A DNA stretch of 61,908 nt, filler included, from Basidiobolus meristosporus CBS 931.73 (lineage: Eukaryota > Fungi > Basidiobolomycota): NCBI GenBank assembly GCA_002104905.1. It is 3 parts of 3 records of this genome, joined end to end, with 100 filler letters (N's around TTAATTAATTAA, not from the genome) between each part and the next. Parts side by side here need not be neighbours in the genome. Positions count along the whole stretch, not along the records: positions 28,266 to 51,143 come from MCFE01000970.1; 2 more parts are not named here. One strand, written 5' to 3'. Position 1 is the first letter of the stretch. Every line of letters starts with the position of its first letter. Under the pieces are notes generated by a model that saw only the letters and a list, made by a program, of their open reading frames with translations, had not been told where the DNA came from and searched no databases. Positions 33,901 through 46,374 of the stretch are shown piece by piece. Made by a program: the position numbers and the translations under genes.

Positions 33901-36612
33901 CATGAAGCATACAGACCACATAGGAAGTATTACAGGGATCATGGCCAGTGTTTTGCCATACAAGTCATATTTGACCATTCACCAGTCACTACTGTACCAA
34001 AAATATCTTGCTGGCCACTTGTTACTTCTATAATGGCATCTGGCTGTACTTGTCACATTGCGTAAACTGAATCAGGAGAGTATGTGACACCTTTAGGGGC
34101 ACCTCAGCCTTCTAAATATGGCACACAGAGTGATAGCTCTGAAGAAGCAGGCTCACTAATGGATTGTGAGCCCATCTTCCCTAACAACAGTACCCTGCAT
34201 GAGCCTGGCAAAATCCCTTTATACAATGAGGAAACACCTGTTGAAAAAAATGCCATGGATATTTTATGGAATCAAGTGAGCCCAGTAATCCATCTACTTG
34301 TGAATGATGTGATGTTGTGGCTAGAGAAGTAGCACATTTTTATTAACATCAGTAGTGGGAGCTTTGAGGATTTACTACTACTTCTTGCCAAAATCTTCCC
34401 AGGATGCAACTTACCATGTACATGGTATAAATGGAAAACTGTCATGTAGCTGGCAACATATGACCCAGAGACCATCCTGTTACCAGCATGTGTTAGCAGT
34501 TGCATGGCATTCACATCAGAAAATGCTACCATTGCAAGGTGTCCAACTTGTCAGGAATCCACCACCAAGGGGGGAAAACTTTGTTCACACTCCGGATATA
34601 TTCCAGTAATACCCCTTATAAAGAAGCTCATGCAGTCTGACAAATAATGCAAAGTTATAAAGTACTGCACTAAGTATTCATCAGGCACAAACATATTCAA
34701 TATATTTGATAGCAAACATTTCAAACAGCTAAGAAGCAAGAGCTACTTTGAAGGTATGTATGACCATGACTTTACTTTAGCACCTGATGGATTCTCATCA
34801 AACATGGACTCTACCAGCAAATCCTGCTGGACACTGATTCTCATCAACCTGAATCTGCTGCCTATCTTACAGCATCAGAGAAAAATCTGATGGAAGTCTC
34901 ACTGGTATCTGGGCCTAAATTACCATCCAACCTGCATAGCTACCTGTATCCATTGCTGGATGAATTTTGTATGCTCTCCAGCAGGATAACAGTAAATGGC
35001 CGTCATGTAAAGTGCATATTGTTATATGCATTGGAGATACCCCAGTCATCAACAAGCTAGCTGGCTTTTCTGGGCACAATGGACTGCATTGCTGTAAAAT
35101 GTGTGAGATCCAGGGGACTTACTCCATAACTCATGCACATTATTATTACCCAATCACCAACACTAAAAACATCATCTTTCCGCAGAGTGAGCGTACAGAA
35201 GTCAGCATGCAATTGCAGCAAAGTGGGCAGGCTATAGGACATTGGCCAGAATATAGAATTAATTGGAAACCAGAAATACTTAAGATAGAGGGTATATGTT
35301 GGAGCAAAAGCTTTCCACCAGGAGCAATGCATTTGCTTTTCAACAATATCCCTATACTGATGACCAAGTTGAACATGGGCATTTTAAGCTAACTGAGCCC
35401 TTTGAGATACCAGAAAATTCGAATAAATTGGCAAGATATTACAGAGTGTCTGCTACTCTAACTACTTCTCACATGCACCAATCCATATTAATACACAAAT
35501 GCAACAATACAAGTGCAAGGACTGGATGAACTGGATATGTACTATTCAAGTGGCCTTCTGAAGCCATTTCTACCAAGAGTACATTGGAAGCATTGTAAGT
35601 CATATGTGGACATTGTAGGGATATTTATTCAGAAGCGGATCACCAATGCCAGCTTGATGCATCTAGAGCTTTTGTGCAAGGCATTTGTGACAGGATTTGA
35701 ATGGCTATACTACAAACATAAAGCTGAACACATAGATCTCTGCCACTACTGTATCCATTTGCAACTCCACCTTACTTGCTGTGTTGAATATATTGGTCAT
35801 TGCTTCAACTTTTGGAGTTTCCTATGGAGCAGATGTGTGGGGAGATAGGGAGACAAGTCAAGTTGCAGGTACCACCATATCCCAATCTCATCAAGAATAC
35901 TACCTTCAAGTCAATCATGGATGTGATTAGTTGGCAGATGGAAGAAAGCAAGGAAGAGCTGGAAAATACTGAGGACAGATGTGCCCATGGAGACACCTAT
36001 GCATATGGCATTAAGTTGCTAAGCAGCCTCAATACATGGGCAATCAGTCAAGTAATGCAAAGTTGGGTTGGGTGCAACAAGCAACAAATCTTTGTAAGGA
36101 AAACTCTACCAAGGTATGCCAGATTTCCCACAGTCACAAGCCAACTTCTACACCATTCAATATGGAATTCACACTAACAAGTGCAAGAATGCACCCACAA
36201 GGGGGACTAGAATCCAGCATGGAGAAGAAATATATAGCCTAAGTACCAAAAACTTCTTGGAGGATATTCAGGAGGTATTCATGGCAGAAGTGGAGACTAC
36301 AAAGCTTATGTTTGCAAGATGTATATGTTACCAGTAATACAAGGTCTATGGCAACATTGCAAGCATCACCTTAAAAAGCGGTAATGTTGAGGTGATAGAA
36401 GTATGTCAATTGCAGCAAATGTGTGTGTTTGTCAAGGTTAGCAAGCAGGGGGCCATAGTAATTTTTAATTTAAACTACATGTGGAATACCCAAGGTAGTA
36501 GTGGGTAAGCAAATAAAGAGGGATGATTCTACAGTGGAATATACAAATTGCAAAAGGGGAGGTAGAAAAAGGAAATACCATTTGGTAAACTGGTACAGTT
36601 GCATAACAGTGT
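30920..36612. mobile_element. CMC/EnSpm element: left TIR, ORF2 (-, ~31200-33850), transposase (+, ~33860-36570); intergenic region deleted, right end missing
   Basis: CCCTATGAAAAATTAT at 30920; transposase motifs CIGDTPVINKLAGFSGHNGLHCCKMC, MHLLFNN, MEQMCG. Confidence 0.88.
32627..33172 (-). repeat. 546-bp solo LTR of a further family, inserted in CMC ORF2
   Basis: TG...CA ends; TSD CATAT/CAGAT; ORF2 continues on both sides; minus-strand TATATA (~32805) upstream of AATAAA (~32748). Confidence 0.8.
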
Positions 36613-37006
36613 TGCAATACTTTGAGGAGTATTGAAAGTAATATGGAGAATTAGAAGATTTACATGTTATGCACTTGCAGATTTACCCTAAGAAAAAGAA
36701 TTAAGTAAAGGCCAGCAAAATAACATCATAATACTAGCTGAATTCCAAGTTTCTCAAAAATGACAACTCTCAATATCTCTGTTGTTAGCTTATGAGCAGG
36801 CAAGCAAACAAATTCTCCAGGAGGTGACTAGACCATCTATCATCCAGGCCAAATTTGGTAGTTAGCTGCCCATCACTTCCATTATAAATTGCATTTGAAA
36901 TTTTGAATCAAAAATACCAGCTGAATACCAGCAAAATACCATTAGAATACTAGTTGTATACTAGCAGAAAATCAGATGAATTCCAAGTTTGAGATTTTTC
37001 ACAAGG

Positions 37007-37800
37007 TTATCAATCAAATGCATGATATTTATACTTTTGATGAAGTAGAGCAATTAATGATGCAGAGTCTGCTAACAAAGATTCCAAGAATATGTGTGCA
37101 AAGTTTGGGGGCTTTTGGACAACTTTGAGAAAGATCATATTCTGGTTACCTGATAATTTTGTGAAAATTTCTGAGTAAATCCCAACAAGAAATCTGGTCA
37201 GAACAGAATGCTGATCAAAGAATAAGATATATGTGAATACGTTAGCATGAGTATTTAGGTGACAACTTAATAAATACTACACTCCCACTCAACAAAATAT
37301 TTATGAGTAATAAATAGTTATTGAGAGTGTGCAAACTGTGATATACATATAGAAATATAAATGTGTTGCATATTGGACAAATATATTATCCAACAGTACA
37401 TGCATATGTGCTCAACTTACTTGAACAAGTAACTTATAACTCAATGTGCATTTCTACTTAATTGTGTGACTAAAAATTAGAATGATCTGATTAAAATACT
37501 AATGATCATATTTGATCAGTTGTACAGGCTTAAGCAATGAGCAAAGTCTGCTTATTAGATTGTAATAAAGATATATAGCCTCTGGGCTATCTAATGCTTC
37601 TTATTTCAGCATAATTGATCCACTTTTGATCAAGCTAAGGTTTTGTCATTTACTGCAGATCTTGAGTTTCCTTATTTCCAGGCAAAAGTCTAATTCATTT
37701 AGACAACTTCAGTGTATTTCCATCTTAAGCTCATGGACAGTTACTTCCATAATATAGACTCTATATGAGGTAAAAGAAAATGACCTATATTGGGCCAAGT
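37007..37800 (-). mobile_element. Highly degenerate Copia-1-like 3' end: LTR ~37007-37281, PPT and RNase H/RT remnants
   Basis: GTGTGCAAAGTTTGGGG...GGACAACTTTGAG and AAATCCCAACAAG match the Copia-1 LTR; CTCCCACTCA follows it, as at 40485. Confidence 0.55.
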
Positions 37801-38382
37801 TAAGGTTTGTCATTTATGCCTGATCCAGATTGTCCTCATTTCATGGCACTGTGGCACATAAAACATGACCAAAAAAGGGTGTTTGCTCAAGTCTGAGCTG
37901 TGATGGCCTGCTCCCACTTGAACTACGTCTGTTTAGTCATTTAGATTCACAAGAATGATCTGAGTGGTCCTCTTTGTCTTCCTTAAGTAGCAGTAACTTT
38001 CTTTGGACTGATTACTTCATTTACAGTAGATTCAAAGTCCATTTGCTTCTTGATTTACCCAGATTGGTATCAGAAAGTATCATAGGCTGTTTGGTAGCTA
38101 TTGTCAGAGTGCTACTACTGATTTGGATTGATAAAGCTGCTTTTGTCTTGTCATAATACACTTATAGAGTAGATACTGGCGCTTTTCTAGAAGTGAGATT
38201 CTCCTTAACAATGGCTTTGATTATCATTATTCTCTTAAGAGTTGTTTTCAACCTTGAGCTTTGTTTGCAAGGCTAAATAATCCTCTTAGTGTCTTCAGAA
38301 TTCATAAAAACCCTTTGGTTGATCCTCGCACCTTTTTCTTTCAGCTCCATACACAGCAGACATCAAGACTGCCACTTTAAGT
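37800..38382 (-). pseudogene. Possible C-terminal part of a degenerate MULE-like transposase, continuing from 45232-46370
   Basis: Minus-strand LKVAVLMSAVYGAERKR directly follows the CMC insertion; possible decayed SWIM-like stretch near 37870-37930. Evidence is weak. Confidence 0.3.
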
Positions 38383-40135
38383 CCCTATGAAAAATAATGT
38401 GGTCCCACAGGTGGATCTGATCCAGATCAGCCGTCAGGATCCTGCCAGGAGACCATCATAATACCAGCAGCTTGAGATTAGTGACCCTTCTAGCAATCTT
38501 ATGATAGGATCATGACATTGTTTTGCTAATTTTACAACCAAATAAATGGGTAAAACTTGACAATATTTTATTGGTGCTGTGACATTATTTGCATGGTATT
38601 GCTAGGTCTTTTAGCTCTCTATAACTATTTTAAGTGGATCCAGTCGGCCAGGACATCCAATTGTCTTGTATGGCAAGAAACTTAAGGGCATTTTGACAGC
38701 CTCACAGCAAGACTCTGATGGCATTATATTGGCAGTATGGTGGCCTACAGCTGGTTCTGTATAATGCTACCATACCAATTTACCAAATGGTATTTCCTTT
38801 TTCTACCTCCCCTTGTGCAATCATATATTCCACTGTAGAATCTCCCCTCTTTATTTGCCTACCCACTACTACCTTGGGTATTCCACCTATAGTTTGAATC
38901 AAAAAAAAAACTATGGCCTCCTGCTTGCTTACCTTGACAAACACACACACCTACTGCAATTGACATACTTCTATCACCTCTACTTTATGGCTTTTTAGTG
39001 TGATACTTGCACAGTTGCCATATACCTTGTACTGCTGGTAACATATACGTCATACAAACATATGCTTGGTTGTTGCCACTTCTGCTATTAATACCTCCTG
39101 AATATCTGCAAAGAACTTCTTGGTATTTAGCCAACATATTCCTTCTCCCTGCTGGATTCTAGTCCTCCTTTTAGGTGTGCTCTGGCTTTTGTTTGTGTGA
39201 ATTCCATATTGAATGGTTTAGAAGTTGGCTTGTGGTCATGAGAAATCCAGCATACCTTGGCACTGCTTTCTCCATGTTCACTGGACCTGGCAATGATAAA
39301 AACCAGCTGCTTTTACAGGAGCCTGTCATGGCTACAGTTGAGAGCTCAAAACAAGCAGAATAGAAACGTCAGGTTGCCAGGAGAGTACCAGCAAGGGATA
39401 AGCAGGCCAAAACAGATGCATCAGAGCAGAATTTATCCAGGAGAAAATGTAGATCTTTGCAAGAAGCACTCAGAAGAATCAGCAGTGAAAGACCTGGCAG
39501 TGATAAAGGAAAAGGTAAAGGGAAAAATGTCTACCCAAGCCTGAGACAGGGAGGCATGCAAAAAAACTGCTGTTCTTGCCAGTTAACACTGCAAGCCAGG
39601 AACAGATTGAGTTCCATCATGGCCAAGAAGAGTTACCCACAAGAAAACAGCTGCTTTCACAAGAGTTGGAAGCACAGCCAGTTGAGCTACACACCAGCAA
39701 GGTGGATGAGTATGCTGAAAATGGCAATTTGTCTACCACAGCCTCCACATCCTTCATTGCAGACAGAGTAGAGATCCCACTGACAGACAAGGCTACAATG
39801 TCAAGAGCTCAAAAGACTATCACAATGCCTTCAGTGGAGTTTTGGAGCATTAATAGGCACACCAAGAGGTTGCAGCACTTCTTCAAGAGCAGTGCTCAAG
39901 AAAATGCACTGGAATATTGGAAGGATTTATTGCAAAGACTGGCAGATGAGGTGCTAGACCTTGCAGTGCCAGCTGAAGACCAGGTTGTGTGGGAACCAGT
40001 GAATGAACAGTGGCATAAAGCCATTGGGTTCCCACCAAAGTTGTGGAACCAGTGTATTGCAGCAGAAATACTTATTGAGTGGTGGATTTTAATGGAGTTA
40101 CTTGTTGAGTGCAGGGTTGAGCTCAATGTTAGTGT

Positions 40136-43100
40136 TGTTGTAAGAGTCTTGGAGATATTGGAAGTGATTGGGAGAACAAGTAGATTATGTGGTTTTCACT
40201 TAATGATTTATTGATTGTAAAAGTAGTATTTATACTTTTACCTGGTCTTGGCATAACAAACACGTAGAATAGGTTAAGGAAGGTCCCAAGAGCATGTGTG
40301 CAAAGTTTGGGGCTGTTTGGACAACTTTGAGAATTTTCATGTTCTGGGTACCTGGTATTTTGGTGAAAATATTCTAAGTAAATCCCGACAAGGAATTTGG
40401 TCAGTATTCTCTAGGATTTGAAGGTAATGATCTAAGTGACTAAGTTAGATGAATATTTAGGTGGAATTACAAATTTTTACAACACTCCCACTCAGCTAAA
40501 TGTTCATACTGACTAGTCCTAATTTTGACCTAAGATATTCAAACTTGTCTCTAGCTAATGGTTTGGTAAATATGTCTGCAATCATTTCATCTGTAGGGCA
40601 GTAAACTAAGCTAACTAAGTTATTCTCTATAGCTTCACATATGAAATGATGTCTAATATATATGTGCTTGGTTCTAGCATGAAAAGTTGGATTTCTACCT
40701 AATTGTATACATCCTTGATTATCTTGAAATAAAGTAATAGGCGTTTTTTGACATAGGCCTAAATCTGTAAACAGCTTTCTTAACCACATTGCTTCTTTTG
40801 TAGCTTCACAGGCTGCCATATACTCTGCCTCTGTGGTGGAAAGTGCTACGGTTGGTTGCTTTCTTGAATTACATGATATTGCTCCTTTACAGTAAAGAAA
40901 GGTGTATCCTGTGGTGGATTTTCTGTCTTCTAAATTTTGTCCCCAATCAGCATCAGAGTATCCCACAAGATCCTGTTCTGAATCCTTATAAGTATATCTT
41001 AAGCAGATATCAGCAGTTCCTTTTAGGTATCTAAAAATCCGCTTAACTGCTGCAATATGATCAGATCCATAATTCTGATTAAGTTGGCTGACAACTCCCA
41101 CTGGATATGCTATATCTGGACGTGTTCCAAGCATGATATACATCAGACTGCCGACCATAGATTGATAAGGAAAGTCAGGGCTTCCAGATGGCACCAAGCT
41201 CTCTTGATTTGGTTGAATTTTGACCAAGTTAAGGTTTGTCTCCATTGGGGTAGCTGCCGGTTTACAGTCTTCCATTTTGTACTTCTTTAGTATATCTTGA
41301 ATTTATACTTGGATTGGCTTAGGGTAATAGTCTGGGTACTTCTGTCTATGGAGAACTTAATCCCTAAGTAGTAACTAAGTTCTCCTAGATTGGACATCTT
41401 GAACTCCTTAGATAGGCTGGATTTAGTCTCTTCCAATGTTTCTAGGTTATTGGCGGCTATAATAAGATCATCCACATATAGAGCTAATAAAATGGGATTT
41501 GTTCTATCTGGCTTATAGTATATACTATAGTCAGCATTACTCCTTTTGAAACTCAAAGATTCCAAATAAGAATCTATCTTGCAATTCCCGGCTCTTGGTG
41601 ATTGTTTGAGACCATATAGTGACTTTTTAAGCTTGCAGACCAAATGGGGGTTATCTTGGTCAACAAACCCATCAGGCTGGTCCATATACACGTCCTCATC
41701 AAGTTCTTCATTCAAAAATGCAGTTTTTACATCCATTTGATGAATAAAAAACTTATATTTGGCTGCAATAGCCGAAATTAATCTGATGGAATTAAACTTG
41801 GCTACCGGTGCAAAGGTCTCAGTATAGTCAAGTCCTTTTTTTTGAGAGCATCCTTTGGCTACAAGTCTTGCTTTGTATCTTTCAATTGTACCATCAGCCT
41901 TGTATTTTGTCTTGAAGACCCATCTGCACCCAATTGATTTTTGGTTGATTGGTAATTTGACTAAGTCCCAAGTTTGATTTTCCATTAGGGCCTGATATTC
42001 CTCAGTCATTGCAGATCTCCAAAACTTTGTCTGAGGGCTATTTAGGGCCTCTTTTACAGTCTGGGGTTCATCAATATGGACTGAATAGGCATAGGCTAAG
42101 TTTGTACCCTCATTAATATATTAATTTGGGCTATTTCTTGTCCGATTTGATCTCCGGGCATTTGATACTGGAATGATCACTTCTGGGATATTCCTGGGCA
42201 CTGATTCTGGCTGAACCACAGTTGTAGAGTCCTCTGGAGTGAAAGAATGTTCATTGTTTTGCTCTGATTCAATCCTGACAATTGGTGGACTTGAGATCAA
42301 ATTTTTGTCATCATCTGATGTCATTTTTTGTAAAAATTTTGAATTTTCATCAAACAGCACATCCCTGGACTTGATAAGCTTCTTTGCTTTGGTATTGTAG
42401 AGTCTGTATTCCTTACTCTCATTGCAGTAGCTCAAAAATATGCATTTTACACTTTTTGGCTCAAATTTTGACTGATTTCCTGCCAGTTTTTTGGCATTTG
42501 CTGTACACCCAAATATTCTAGATGTTCTGCACTTGGTCTGTATCCATACCATGCTTCAAATGGAGTAGAATCACAAAGTATTCTGTTATAACTCCTATTT
42601 TTAAGATATACAGCAGTGGCAACTGATTCCGCCCAAAAATCATAGGATAATTTTTGATCATGGATCATAGATCTTGCCATATCAATTATTGATCTGTTAG
42701 CTCGTTCTGCTACTCCATTTTGCTGTGGGGAGTATGGTACAGTAGTCTCTTGTTTTATCCATGACTTTTGCAGAAGTGGATGAAGAGTTTAGAGGTATAT
42801 TCTCCACCCTTGTCAGAGCGTATTTTCTTGATTTTTTCACCAGTTTCTCTCTCCACCATGGCTTTAAACTCCCTGAACTTAGACAGTGCTTCTTCATTTC
42901 TCTCCATGAGGTGGACCCATGTGTATCTTGTATAATCATCAATAAAAGTGATTAAATACTTCATCCCGCCTAAGGATAAATTTTGCATAGGTCCACACAG
43001 ATCTGAGTGAATTAGATCTAATTTTTTCTTAGTTTTGATTAACCCAGAGCTCTTGAACGGTTGTCTGGCTTGTTTCCCATATATGCAGGCTTCACAGTGC

Positions 43101-44818
43101 TCCAAATTAGCTGGGGGAACAATTTTCACTCCAGAAATTAGCTGATCTTAGATCATTTTACGCAAATAATCAAAATTGATGTGTCCAAATCTCCTATGCC
43201 AAAGCATTGGTGTTTCTTCACTTAAGTTACTTATATTGGCTTCCAAATTTGATGGAGTATAAGTCAACTTGTATAGATTCTGATCTCTGATGCCTGAAGC
43301 AATATGGGCACCACTTTGATCAGTGATCCTGCATCCAGAATTGTCAAAACTGAAACTGAGTCCTTCTGCTGTGGCCTTGCTTACAGAGAGTAAGTTCTTG
43401 GCTATTTGTGGTACATAGAGTACTTCTTTAAAGGTCAGTGTATGGCTTCCTTCACTGCTTCTAAGGTTTACTTGGATAGTTCCTTCTCCCACTGCATCAA
43501 GTGTTCTATTGTCACCCATGAAAACCTTGTTAATTGGAATTTCTTGATATTGGGTAAAAGTTCTTTTTGGTGTGTAAAGTGTTGAGAAGCTCCAGAGTCA
43601 ATATACCACGTCTGAGAATCCTTTTTTGTGGTCATATTTAGTGCAGATATGAATAGTCTATCTTCAGTTGTTGCAGCATTTCCATATTCAGGCTTCTTTT
43701 GCTGATAATCTCTCTTTTTGAAACACCGGTCTGATGTGTGTCCTTTCCTTTTGCAGTAGTTGCAAAATATGTTGCTGTTGCCTTTGTAGGGTCTTGGGTA
43801 CCTTCTTTGTTGATTATCATTGCTTATTAAAGCATTTTCTTCTTCCTTCTTATTGGCGCTTGATTTTCTTAATTCTTCATCCAGGAGCCTTCCATATACG
43901 TAATTTAAGGTCAAATCTTCAGTTCTGGACTCTAGGGCTGAAACAAGGCCCTGAAACCTGTCTGTCAGGCTATTCAGGATGGTAACTATCACATCCTCAT
44001 CAGTAGTTGGTACACCCACAGATTCCATCTCATCTACCAGCAGGGTAATTCTGTTAATTAGATTTTTCATTTCTTCTCCTGGGAGCATCTTTGTAGTAAA
44101 GAATTTTCTTCTCAGATACATTTTCTTGGCAGCTGAACATGACTGGTAGGTGTCTTCTAATGCCTTACAGGCATTTTTTGCCGTTTTTGCTCTTGAGCAT
44201 TGAATTAGCAATTTGTCCTTGACATTAAGGCAATTGCAGTTAAAGGCACTTTGTTCTTTCTTCTGGTACTTTAGGCTTCCTCTCCCACATTTTTAGGAGG
44301 TCATTCTTCTCCCATGACAATATCCCAAAGGCCTCTTTCTTGTAGCAGCATCTTCATCTTCACCTTCCACACTTGGTAGTTAGAGCCATCCAACTTTTCA
44401 GCAGAGGGAAAAATTCCAGTAATAGCAGTAGTAGACATTGCAGAGAGTGACAGCTTGGGGCTCATAACCTGTTGTAAGAGTCTTGGAGATATTGGAAGTG
44501 ATTGGGAGAACAAGTAGATTATGTAGTTTTCACTTAATGATTTATTGATTGTAAATGTAGTATTTATACTTTTACCTGGTCTTCACATAACAAACACATA
44601 GAATAGGTTAAGGAAGGTTCCAAGAACATGTGTGCAAAGTTTGGGGCTGTTTGGACAACTTTGAGAATTTTCATGTTCTGGGTACCTGGTATTTTGGTGA
44701 AAATATTCTAAGTAAATCCCAACAAGGAATTTGGTCAGTATTCTCTAGGATTTGAAGGTAATGATTTAAGTGACTAAGTTAGGTGAATATTTAGGTGGAA
44801 TTACAAATTTTTACAACA
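40136..44818 (-). mobile_element. Full-length Ty1/Copia LTR retrotransposon (Copia-1), the best-preserved element in the window
   Basis: 349-bp LTRs at 40136-40484 and 44470-44818 (10 differences counted manually); TSD AGTGT; PBS GGTTATGAGCCC at 44458-44469; PPT AGCTGAGTGGGAG. Confidence 0.97.
40496..44440 (-). pseudogene. pol: Copia gag-pol polyprotein with several stops and frameshifts
   Basis: KLDGSNYQVW, CNYCKRKGHTSDRC, WYIDSGASQH, LWHRRFGH, CEACIYGK, HSDLCGP, RSDKGGEY, YKARLVAKG, MDVKTAFL, LYVDDL, YSDADWG, EAEY, ADIFTKPL, in Copia domain order. Confidence 0.95.
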
Positions 44819-45231
44819 AGTGTAGGGTATATGGATTTGTATAGGTCAATACAATTGGCAATTGGCAATTGCAGTACAACTGAAGTTTCATTAGAAATAA
44901 ATCACTCTGTATGCATGAAAAGTAAGAGAAACGGTTAAGTCAGGATGTAAGGAGTGTAAAAAAGAGGCAATAGCCAATCAATGCACACAAACATAGGGGG
45001 CAATAGAGTGTCTGGGAACAGAAAGTGAGCAAATTGGCAGGGAACCAACCAAAAGCAACTTATACATTATTGTGATGAAAAATTTTGACCAAGTTTTTTG
45101 TGAAATCTGGGGTGCAATTATTTTTCAACAGCCTCTAGACAGTGTCCTGACAGGATTGGTACCTCTTAGTCATGGGACTCTAACTTTGTGATGGCCTTTT
45201 GATGGGATCATCTCAATAATTTTTCAGAGGG

Positions 45232-46370
45232 AATAATCTGCTCCAATATGTACTACAATATCTGACAGATCCTGTAAATGTTTCAAGACTCTTCTGGGGT
45301 TTCTGGCTTGAGAGCTTGGTATCAGAGGCTCCATGGAGCATATCTGCATTGCCAAGTAGTCCAAATATAGTTAACAAAGGTTTTGGCTTCATTTGGGAAG
45401 TACTCTAATTTGCAGTAATAGTACTTTCCCATTTTTCTTCTTTTTCTTTTTCTGCAGATGATCCAAAGAAAATCCTTTTGTGGAATGGCTCTGGACTTCC
45501 TTACAGGTGGTACCACAGTGTGTCTTAGCATAGAAGCCCTCATGACATCCTTGGTCCTGAATATATGAGTATTTGAGAGTAATAAATTCAAAAATTGGCA
45601 TCCACTTAGATCAATCATAACTTTGATAGAGTTGACCAAATTTGATCAAATAAGCTACATTCAAAAGCTTATTTCATCAGTACTTTAGTATCAGATTCCA
45701 ACATATCAGCCTTTTGAGTTTCAGAGCTTGGTAATCACATGATCAATCACAATTCTTGTGATCTTAATCAGAGAATTAAATGTTGCCAAGTGTTTTCTTG
45801 CACTGTGATAAGTAATATACATAGCAAGTATAGAGTACTATGTTATCTTCTGATTGGCTTATAGTTGTATACACACCAACTGTTGCTTGGTTGTATACTT
45901 CAACCAGGCTTGCAATCAATTGCTTTGCACTTGCTGGTTGGCAGCAGAATCTTTGTATAAAACATTCTCCCAGTGTTTTGAGACCTAAACAGAGGGATAG
46001 AGCACCTAAAAGCTGCATGTTTAGCTCCTTGCACCATAGCTTCAGTATCATAACACTGATACAAATATAGCATTCTTCCATTGGATTGTGTAGTACATAT
46101 CCATACTCCAGCTGTATATATATGCATTATATATCATTATGATCCTATCACTTAAGGGAGCTTGTTTCTGAGATCTTCTTCCATCAATAGGTAGTCCAAT
46201 ATGGTGGTCAACAGCTTCAGTATTTGCAATCTCAGCCTTATTTTGAGTGGCAACCAATTTGGTAAAATCTTCCTCCAGCAATCATTCAATAATGAGCTTT
46301 TTTTCTTGCAATTCAGGACAATATCCTATCCAAAAGCTTCTCTAACATTTAATTAAGGTCATATGAATAC
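45232..46370 (-). pseudogene. Probable degenerate MULE/Mutator-like transposase fragment
   Basis: Across frames: VGVYTTISQSEDNIVLYT (like D.TH.T....LYT), IKVMID, FVNYIWTTW..RYAPWS (like the F..Y....W motif before TNN..E). Confidence 0.4.
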
Positions 46371-46374
46371 ATAT

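Larger units (their letters stand above)
30570..37006. mobile_element. Segment bounded by ~340-bp imperfect inverted repeats (30570-30910 and 36665-37006) with CMC-type ends
   Basis: Left end CCCTATGAGAAATCTCAAAC, right end GTTTGAGATTTTTCACAAGG; arms share e.g. AACAACAGAGATATTGAGAGTTGTCA / TGACAACTCTCAATATCTCTGTTGTT. Confidence 0.8.
38383..45231. mobile_element. Internally deleted CMC/EnSpm element with both TIRs, carrying a Copia-1 insertion
   Basis: CCCTATGAAAAATAAT at 38383 and ATAATTTTTCAGAGGG ending at 45231; transposase tail (-) to ~39255 joined to ORF2 (+) from ~39280; ORF2 resumes at 44819. Confidence 0.82.

Noticed and set aside
39576-40214. ORF sharing the C-terminus VVRVLEILEVIGRTSRLCGFHLMIY with ORF 40-375
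   Set aside because: Both are read-through into the same Copia-1 LTR end, not a conserved protein domain.
38380-45234. Target-site duplication for the CMC element
   Set aside because: Flanks AGT and AAT share no convincing 2-3 bp duplication, and other copies lack one end, so no TSD is claimed.
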